A stretch of DNA of 64,000 nucleotides from Epiperipatus broadwayi (taxonomy: Eukaryota; Animalia; Onychophora). The position numbers and the translations under genes were made by a program. This document shows, piece after piece, positions 54,830-64,000 of the stretch; position 1 is the first letter of the stretch, and each line of letters begins with the position of its first letter. The stretch is from assembly GCA_028023455.1 (NCBI GenBank), contig JAQFVV010000004.1, positions 12,834,001 through 12,898,000 of the forward strand, read 5' to 3'. The notes beneath the pieces are model-generated. The model did no database searches. It was not told where the DNA came from and saw only the letters and a list, made by a program, of their open reading frames with translations.

Positions 54830-55650
54830 CTTTCACTAAACATCACACGATCACCATTCTTTATGCTTACGCAAAGGCAAAACTCTCCATACAGTAGCAC
54901 CAATCAGTGCAAGCCAGAGTAATCAATGGATGCCAGAAGGCTTGTGCATAAAATCCCTATCTAATGTATACTCATCCAATATTCCCAGACCAGTTTCTAG
55001 CTTGTGGCTTTCATCAGTGAGGAGCCTTGGATCTGAGAGCTAAAAAATAAAAGCTGGCTGCTGGAGGGTAGCATTGGATCCTAAGATCTAGGTGCAGTGC
55101 TCTCAGATCCAAGGCTTCTCTCTGACGAAAGCCACAAGCTAGAAACTAATCTGGGGATATTGCAATAGTAGGCACTTGATAGGGATTTTATGTAAAAACC
55201 TTTCTACGTCCATTGATTACTCTGGCTTGCACTGAATAGTGCTTCAGTATGGATAGTTTGGCCTTTGGGTAAGCATAAAGAATGGTGATCATGTGATGTT
55301 TAGTGGTTTAATTCCAATCCTTCCCAATAGGATTATGGTGATTGTAGTTATTAGAGAATCAAAAACACCAAAATATATGGATGCTGAACTGAGTTCAGAT
55401 CCTATACAGGTGAATAAGCTTGAATTGAAAATATTATTGTGTTTTTAATTTGAGCTCAAAGCTTTATAGTTAGCTAAAAGGATAAAAGGTGGCTACTGGC
55501 TCCTCACTGATGAAAGCCGCAAGCTAGAAACTAGTCTGGGTATATTGGATGAGTAGGCACTAGGTAGGGATTTTATGTATAAACTTTCCTGCATCCATTG
55601 ATTGCTCTGGCTTGCACTGAATGGCACTACTGTATGGAGAGTTTTATTTC
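54830..55650 (+). mobile_element. Family B locus: inverted arm plus tandem 1.6-mer with two same-strand hammerheads
   Basis: Cores at 54983-55022 (-), 55116-55156 (+) and 55502-55540 (+, intact); GAAA-to-GAAA distance 385 nt. Confidence 0.9.
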
Positions 55651-58600
55651 TGTGTTATAAAAAACTAAATAAGAATAGTTAAATCTAATATTTTTAGCTA
55701 AATGGAACACATGTTTGTCAGCTGATAGAAAAACAATTGAGCAGATAACTGAGCTATTAAATATCTTTGTTTTAAGCAAATAATTGTCCAAAAGCCCATG
55801 ATGGAAAGGAGTTTTAGACAGAACATATTTCATCTTAAAAAGAACTAGGACTTTATATGAATGCTATGAATAGGAATAGTATAAAACCAACTCCATCACC
55901 ATGAATAAATAAGAAGAATCTACAGAGTCCAGACAAGATCTGATTACTAAGGTATATGGAAATTGAAGGCAACACAGTTGAATGGAAACACATTCCCTAT
56001 GTATCAGTTACAGTTATCATGCAGTAGTCTCATAATAATAGAAAAACATTTAGTGGAACTGATGAATGAAAGGCTAATTTTGAACCAAGTGAAAGCTATT
56101 AAAAAAACAAGTCTTGCTAAGGTAGATGGATCTTTTTGGAAATAGACTATGGATTTCGTCAGTGGATATAATTACAAATTATATGGATAATTAAAAAAAG
56201 AGAACTTGTTGTTGGAGTTTTTTTGTTTTTTTTTAATTAATGTATTGAGAGTTGTGAATATATATATGCTTAGATTTTAAAGATAAAATTATGGAAACAA
56301 ATGTGTGATGATGGTCGGTGTCTAAAGTATTTTACCATTGAAGATTGTGGAAATGTATATTCAAGGTAAGCAAGCACCCATCTGAAATTAAAGCACCAGA
56401 AAAATGTATCTCCGCTCACAGATAATTTTTACTCTATTTAAAAAAACGAAAAAAAGAATAGTAACATTTTTTAGAGATGTCAGTTGATCCATTTGATACT
56501 TTTTATGTTTTTCAATCCCTGATTAGATAATTAAGATTACGGTCATGATTCTGAAACCTGATTATTTTCTGAAGACTAGACAACTGGTATTGTTTGGCAT
56601 GAAAACAATCAATGATTGGAGAGACTATTTTTGAAACATTAAAGGTATCACTTGCTAAATGCTAAAAGGAGCCAATATTTACATCTTTTGATTTATGATT
56701 CAAAGAATAAGACAAACAAACCATATTCATAGTACTCAGTTTTAACATATATAAATATCCACAAAGGTTTATAATAGTACAACAAAGCGAATACAGGTTT
56801 GAAGGTCAAAAAGAATATAAATTTAATTTAAATCCTGAGTATGCAAAGAAAAACCAAAATTGATCATAAAAGAAGTAAACAGATAAATAATAATATTGTA
56901 ACCAATTTTGTTATTTATTGGATGGAAGTATTGTGGCAATTGTGAATCAGTATAAAAATGCCTATACAAAAATTAATGGTGGATAATCTAAAATTTGATT
57001 GGGATTTAATGGAGGAAATGAAGATTTCAATGTTATGTCATTAGGGTCAATAAAATGTTAAACAAGGTAAATAAATATGAATTTATAGTAAAGATTTACA
57101 GTTCTTGTATGCTTTATTTGTTGGAACATTTTGATTTTATAGGAGAAATGAACCGGGGTGTTATAGACAACTTTTGGAACTATTCATGGCTCTAAACAAA
57201 ATAACTTTTAATATACAATTATGTAAACATTTCAAGCTATGTAAATTTTATAGTATATGCTTGTGAAGTCCACTGAATTAAAATTTCATTTGTTCACTTT
57301 GTGAATATATTCAACGTTATTTCATCGTAATGAGTTTGGCCCCAATTAAATAATGTAAATGTCAGATATGTAAAATTAGGGATGATTAAATGACAGTCAA
57401 AGTAATTATTTATTATTAGGAATGAATGTGGCTGAATAATAAAAAAAGTGAATGTGAAAAGTTATGTGTTTTTAATTTATTTGACATCAAAAATATAAAA
57501 AACTGCAAGTTTGAAAACACCTGTCCTTGAAATCATATGCCAATTAAAAATTTTTATAAATTGGGTGAAAGATTAGAGAAATTTTTAGAAAAAAAAAATC
57601 TCTGTGTAAATGAACAAATTACTTCTGAGTTTTACAAAGTTGTTTTTTAACAGATGGATGATGATATAAAAACACTACAAAAAGCATATATGTTCCGTCA
57701 AGTCAGAGTATTCATTCATTGAATATTTGCACAGTTAGTAACTAGGGTAAACTGTATCTTTCAGTCAAGAGAAGTAAAGAAGAAAGCTATTACTTTGGTA
57801 GAATACTTTACAATAAAGTTTTCAAATGCAGTGATGATAATTTACATTTGTTCTTAAAGCTTTCTCAGGATGTCTGACTAAGAGTCACTAGACATGTATT
57901 AGTCCATTGCTTTTCCAGCCATTAAGTGTCTCGAGAGAGCTGACAAACTGCTAAAATCTGTGAAGTAATCTTGGGTTATAATCTGTCACCTGCTGTACCA
58001 AGGAAAATGTTAAATTTGTCCAGATTTGATATGTTTTTATAGTATAATGTTTATTTATTATAATCAAAATCAAGAAATATCCAACAAATTAATGAAACCA
58101 ATCTTTAACTATATTGATGGATAAATCACTTATTGATCTGTAGATAGCCATGCTAAGAAAGTGAACCTCATTTCAGTATAAGAATGGATTTTATGATTCT
58201 AGTATCAAATTTAATCGTCAAAAAGTGAGAGGAGATATTAAGATTAATATATATAAGCTATCAGTGTTTATGCATAATGTTTCTAAATAAAATAGTAACA
58301 GTAAGAAATTTCATTATTAAAATTAAAAAAGCCTATTTATAAAGTCTAAATCATTTTTTCTTATACTTAGTAACTTTGCGAAGGAGGTATTCTAATCCAT
58401 TTTCTATTAGAAGAGAAAGCAATTTTTATGTTAAGATGATAAGTTGAAAGAAAATAAAATTTCATCATAATATGTGTATTTTGTATATTGCATTCAAATT
58501 GTAGTATAAGAGAATGTGAAGCATTTATACTCTATGTCAAGATTCATAATTCATTGAATTAATATTTACTAAGGCAATAAACCTCAAGAATGTGCGCTTG

Positions 58601-59329
58601 AAAATGCTAAAGTAGGGACCTCTACAGGTCTTAACCACAAGCTTACACTTCGGAAGAAAATCTAAGGATATTACTAGGATCTATAAACAAAACTAATTTA
58701 TAACTAAAAGGCAGCGTGGATGGTTTGTTGTAATGAAAGAATGATAAACTCTGAAACTCAAGTCTCGTGGATATTGCAGTTCCCGCTGTTAAACTTTGGT
58801 ATTTTAATTGTTTTTTTTTTAAATACTCTGGCAATAATCTATTGGACTTTTCTATTATTATTAAAGGCAAATAAATATCTAGAAAAATTGTAATCATATT
58901 GGATTATTTTCATCATTTAGAATTAATTATCAAATAAATGTCTTTAGAAAAATTCTAATTTTAAACTTTCTAGTACATCACTTGTGAATAATGGCACACA
59001 TATTAGTATATAAAGTGGTGATTCAAGTAATATTTTTTCTTCTTCAGATATTAGTATGACCAGTGATAGTACCAGCATGGGAATCAAATGTGGATCCTTT
59101 AGATTTATGAATACTGAAACTAAGATGATGCTTTACACAAGCGACTACATTCTAAAAGACAACTGTCCAAAAAAATGTATATAGTCATCAATGGGTGTCC
59201 AAATATTATGAAATATTATGCTAGATTGACTTATATGGTTATTCGCCATTGACGTAAGAGCAGTTTTTAAAAAAAAAATTTTCTTTTTTCTCTTTTTGCA
59301 ATATTCTTTGTTATCAAATTGGCATTACG

Positions 59330-60520
59330 TTCATTAGTACTTAAATAATCTGCTACTTTAGATACATCTGACATTTCCTCTTTAATCATTACTTTGTACT
59401 TTGTAATATTGTAGGATGGCTTTTTTCACCAATATATATTTTTCCACAATCATAATAATACATAGTTGCAATTTTTGCGTTTTAACAATTTTAGTTTATA
59501 ATTTTGTAGAGATTAAAATTATTCATAGTGTGCTATCACTTTGAAAAGCTATTCCGATAATTGATTGCCATTTTTCTTTAATTTGATTTATTTCTGGTAT
59601 ATATGGATACAATATAGAACTTATAATTGTTTGTTTTAATGTTTCTTTTTGTTATCTATTTAAGGTCTTAATTATAGCTGATGGATAACCATTCTTCTTG
59701 AGAACTGGTTCTATATAGGACTTTTCTTTTTCCAAATCACTGCTTTCTGAATAAAATTCTTTTGCTCTTCATTAATGATAGAATAACTCCATTTCTCTTC
59801 CTTAGTGATAATATAGCTCAATTTCTTGTATTTTTGTGTGCATGAGTTTTTTGTAAACTGTAGTTTTGATTTTGCCCTGAGATTGGCTTGTTATACGAAC
59901 ATCTAACAATCCAAACTTTGGTCCTTGTTCTAGTTTTATTGTGATTTTAATTTAAATGTTATATTATCGATATGAATCCAGAATGGATGTAATAATACTT
60001 CCCCATGTGACTGTACAATAAATGTGTCAGCAATGTAGCAAAACTATCAAGGGAGAGATTTAGTAGTTACTTATAGCTTTGGTTTCACATTTTTTCATAT
60101 AAATATTGCTAATCAGGGATGATCATAATGATCACATAGTCACAGATTGGATTTTGTTGGAAGGAATTTGTGTTATGTTTAAAATATGCGGTTATATAGA
60201 ATGTTTAGATTCTGTAGTACTATCAATAAGAAGAGTGGTTCTGTGTTGTAAGCTAATATTCTCATTAAATATAGTCAGTGTTTCATCACAGAGTATATTT
60301 GGGAATAATACTTTCCACATCAAAGCTTACCAATATATCACTTTTTCTATTTTTTGATTAATTTCATAAAATACTTAGAATTTTTGACAAAAGTCTTTGT
60401 CTTATATGCCAAAGTAATAGGAAGAGGTCTTGACAAATTTTTACATTGATGAATTTCTAGAACTAACAATTGGTCTTAATGGAATATGGTTCTTATAGAT
60501 TTTAGGTAGACCATAAATAT
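59330..60520 (-). mobile_element. Decayed Penelope-like element (RT thumb and GIY-YIG)
   Basis: ITIKLEQGPKFGLLDVRI...IKTTVYKK..HT and KIYIGE in broken frames. Confidence 0.7.
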
Positions 60521-60897
60521 GCAAAATTTTGTTGAAATACATATAAATATATGTATATATAAGCGATTTAACCCGCTGAAGAAGAAGCTGTCAGTAGTAA
60601 CAAAAACAATTAAATTAAATTAATCTAGGCGTAGTACTTTCGAGGTTTTCCCTCATATTCATGGCCAAAATAGGTTATAAACCATTGCAATAATGTTACT
60701 AAATAATAATGTATGCAAATGCGTATGCAATAAATTAAGTTTGATAGCTGTATTCTTTCCAAAATATATGTAATATTCAAATTTATATATATATTAAATA
60801 CTAAAAGGAATATAGTTGAAAGTACTTCTTATAGAATAAGTTAAATTATATGAATATTACTGTATTAATATATATACATTTGAATAGTATATATATA

Positions 60898-61140
60898 TTA
60901 TGAATCAATGAAATATTTGTTATACTTTCTCTTGTCAGGAAATAATTTTTGTCTTTTTTTTTTATGTTGGCCCACTATGAGGAGCTCTCTTATTTTGTTG
61001 TCATAATCAGTAGTATCCATGACAACTGTATCATTGCTTTTATTGGCACGGAAAATAGATTTGTATAGTTTGAGAGATTTTACAGTTTTTTTCTCAGCAT
61101 AGGTAATGTTTGTAATGGGTTGCTGATATTTAATAGGCAT
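60898..61140 (-). mobile_element. Penelope-like RT N-terminal fragment
   Basis: IFRANKSNDTVVMDTTDYDNKIRELL corresponds to the PLE ADKG..TVIMD..DY motif. Confidence 0.65.
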
Positions 61141-61974
61141 TCTTTTTATTCTCTAGTGTAATTCTGTTTTTTCTATAAACAATTTTTTGAATGATTTTTT
61201 TTTCAGTTACTGCCATTATATCTATAAAAAGGATATTATATGATGTAAATTTAAAGTTTATCCTTTTCCCAGAACAGAAGTTTCAGCTTATGTTAGATGT
61301 TTAGGATTAATCTTTTTAAATGATGAAGCTACTAGATTGTTTTATACAGTATGACATATTATATGCCCATGTTACAAATTTCTTCTTTTGATATTCTTTA
61401 TTTTTTCCAGATAATACAGAGTATGATTTTTTTACTAATTGAAAAACTCTTGTGAAATCTTGATCAAAACATTTATTTTTTTTTCAAAACATTTTATATT
61501 ACTAATGGACTTCAAGCTTTAGTATTTGAAAAATCTTTGAGCATTTATTCCTTTTCTTAACAGAGTCCACTTGCTAGTGGAATAATTCTATGAGAACTCC
61601 ATGAGCAAGTGGAAGCTTTTAGTTGCAAGCCTTTACAGGCAACCCCTTTAGATTTCACATTTACATAAGAAAATTAATTGATTTTTACTTATGGACAGCT
61701 TTAGTCATAATTTTTCATAATATCTAAAATTTGATATGTGTGATAGTTTATAAAATTTGAAATTACACATTGACTTAGATGAGTATACAAAAAATATATT
61801 CACTGTTGCCTTTAACAGAATAACATAGGTATTTAGAACTTCATGTTAAATTCAGTAAAACATGAATGTAAAGATTCTAGATTCTCTTTTCATGCTAACT
61901 ATAACTAGTCTGGTCAACAATAGCTGAAGAAAAGAGGAGAATAATACTACTCAAAATGTTCATGTTATATATTA

Positions 61975-62305
61975 ATCATCAAACATCACATGATCCCCAT
62001 TCTTTATGCTTACCCAAACTGTTTTTCACAGAGGTAAAACTGTCCATACAGTAGCACCAATCAATGCAAGCCAGAGTAATCAATGGATGCAAGAAGATTT
62101 GTGCGTAAAATTCTTATCTAGTGCCTACTCATCCAATATCTCCAGACTAGTTTCTAGCTTGCTGGCTGTCATCAGTGGGGAGCCTTGGATCTGAGAGCAC
62201 TCACTGCATCTAGATCTTGGGATCTAATGCAACCCTCCAGCAACCACCTTTTACTTTTTTAGCTAACTATAAAGCTATTTTATGGAGAGTTTTGCCTCTG
62301 TATTA
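61975..62305 (-). mobile_element. Family B element; hammerhead at 62140-62180 (-)
   Basis: CCCCA CTGATGA cAGC cagcaa GCTa GAAA CTAG TC|TGGAG; short inverted tail copy at about 62282-62300. Confidence 0.85.
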
Positions 62306-62608
62306 TACATTAATCTCTATGTTATTATCTGTAGTTGAATATATTTGAAAAGCTTAAATAAAGTTTGAATTTTTTGAAAGACATTTAACATTACAAATAA
62401 AACCTGCTATTATAAACTTTCAGATCAACACTAGTACTTAGTAAGCATCTAATACCATATCAAAATTTAGACATTATGAAAAATTATGTCTAAAACTGGC
62501 CAAAATAAAAAATTTGTAAGTTTGCAATTAAAACTTCCAATTCACTCTTAGAGAACAAACATAATTATTCAGAGAGAAAATGAGGCTGTAATCAATAAAA
62601 GAATAAAT

Positions 62609-62715
62609 ATTGTCAAGCGTTGTTAGACGAGAGGTCATCGCACCTGCCTTGCAAGCAAGTAGTTGGTTGCAGACGGGTGTGGGTTCGCGTCCCGGCAGAT
62701 GCTATGACATATGAG
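62609..62715 (+). pseudogene. 107-bp tRNA-like insertion with 11-bp TSD
   Basis: AAAGAATAAAT at 62598-62608 and 62716-62726; cloverleaf-like 62617-62703 with TGC anticodon loop and a long variable region. Confidence 0.65.
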
Positions 62716-62929
62716 AAAGAATAAATGTTCAAACATTTTCAAATACCAAATCTTGCATTGCATTTATAATATAGAATGTTTACTAAAAAGTATACATACT
62801 GATGAAGATTTTGCAAGATTTTTTCAATCAGTAAGAAAATCATATTGTAAATTACATGAAAAAATACAAGAACATTAAAAAAAAAAAAAGAAATATCAAA
62901 CAAATATTGTATCGTACAACCTAGTAGCA

Positions 62930-63035
62930 TCTTAAACATCACATGATCACTATTCCTTATGCTTGCTCTTAACTGTCATTGAAACAGACTTGCACTGAGT
63001 GGCAATATGTATAGAGAGTTTTGCCTGTTTCCATA
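62930..63035. repeat. Short family B tail fold-back without ribozyme
   Basis: aacatcacatgatcac terminus followed by an inverted tail piece. Confidence 0.6.
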
Positions 63036-63419
63036 CTAGTTGTGCTAAATATCTGACGGATGCTGGAAGTTCTAGTCTAGAAAAAATAATTTTTGACATC
63101 ATACTAATATCTTTTTATTAGGTATAAAGGCTACAACTGAGAAGTTGTCTCAAAAATTTGTTTTTCGGAGAAGTATCAGAAATACTCTAGAGAATTAAAA
63201 CACTTTCAAGAGATGAGCAACCCACATCAAACATCTATTTTAAGAAGGAAGCCTATTCCATATCTCAGACAAATTTATAATCATTTTCCCTGCTTGCCAG
63301 AGCACTGTTATATCTATAATAGATGATAATAAAATAAGAGAGTTTTTCTCAACAGGGCAATTCATGCAAGTGGCAAAAAATCTTTTGCTAGTTAAAGAAA
63401 CAAAGCTCTGCCTAAAATT

Positions 63420-63830
63420 CACAAGGACCACGTTAAAGTCTTTTGTTAATTCTAGAAATTTACCTTGTCAAGCTTGGCAAGATTTCTTTTTAAGATCTGT
63501 AGTCATTTGGCATATAAGACAATGACCATTGTCAAAAATTCTAAGCACTTGGTATCATTATCAAAGAATATAAAAATAGAAAGAATTGTCATATTGGAAA
63601 GCTTCGATGTGGAAAGTTTACTCACAAATTTACCCTGTGATGAAGCACTGTCTATTGGAAAGAAAAGATTAAATAATGATAATAGCTTATAATCCATAAC
63701 AACTCTTCCTATTGATAATATAATGGAACTTAACATTCTGCATAATAATAACATACTTTTAATACAACAAAGTATTCTTCCAATAAATCAAAAGATAGCT
63801 ATGTATTTATTGTTGTCACCACTATTATAA
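63420..63830 (+). mobile_element. Penelope-like RT core fragment
   Basis: LESFDVESLLTNLP.DEAL.I matches the PLE SFDV.SLFTN.P motif. Confidence 0.75.
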
Positions 63831-64000
63831 ATACTAATACATTTTTATCTAAAATCTGCCTTTAGTATGTTGATACATTTGTTATATGGCCACATTGTGA
63901 AGCATTATCACAAACATTATGGAAGTTGTTGTAGCAGGACTGCTTTATGGAAATATCACAAATACAGTTTACAAAGTGTGATATGTTGGACTATTTCTAT

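Larger units (their letters stand above)
61300..62930. repeat. Old diverged inverted repeat (arms about 61300-61740 and 62450-62930) carrying later insertions
   Basis: For example 61680-61740 is the reverse complement of 62455-62520; roughly 65-80% identity by eye. Confidence 0.7.

Noticed and set aside
8190-55650. CRISPR-like or satellite arrays
   Set aside because: Eukaryotic DNA; the repeats are dispersed, inverted or 1-2-mer units with no repeat-spacer structure.
56250-58200. Exon-like segment 56252-56363 and neighbouring coding-like patches as TMEM208 exon 4
   Set aside because: No similarity to the expected exon 4 (…DLNMEGG…); may be a decayed DNA transposase, unresolved.
958-63754. 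Most short ORFs in the supplied track as host genes
   Set aside because: They are low-complexity AT-rich chance ORFs or fragments of RTE, PLE or LTR elements; none resembles a host protein.

Overview
Very AT-rich (roughly 25-30% GC by eye), CpG-depleted animal genomic DNA, probably arthropod: the TMEM208 N-terminus reads MPPQKGKQ.TKG.KQIVEENK, like insect orthologues. The only host gene I can support is the 5' part of TMEM208 on the + strand (coding exons 35916-35921, 42339-42437, 49914-49973). I did not find its later exons in the window. The rest is decayed transposon DNA: RTE LINEs, solo LTRs, a Merlin transposase remnant, a Merlin-type MITE with an 8-bp TSD, tRNA-derived pieces and several Penelope-like (PLE) RT/GIY-YIG remnants. 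The main signal is a set of at least five short non-coding repeat families (here called A-E), each carrying a minimal type I hammerhead ribozyme (CUGAnGA-stem II-GAAA-short stem III-NUH; stem III is palindromic in A, B, C and E). Most copies are fold-back (inverted) insertions. Two loci hold same-strand hammerheads 372 and 385 nt apart in circularly permuted units, the layout expected of retrozyme-like elements that could release monomeric or circular RNA and be mobilised by PLE RT. Families A, B/C and E share a GRTCATGTGA motif 3' of the ribozyme. All structure calls were made by eye; no ribozyme activity or database novelty has been tested.
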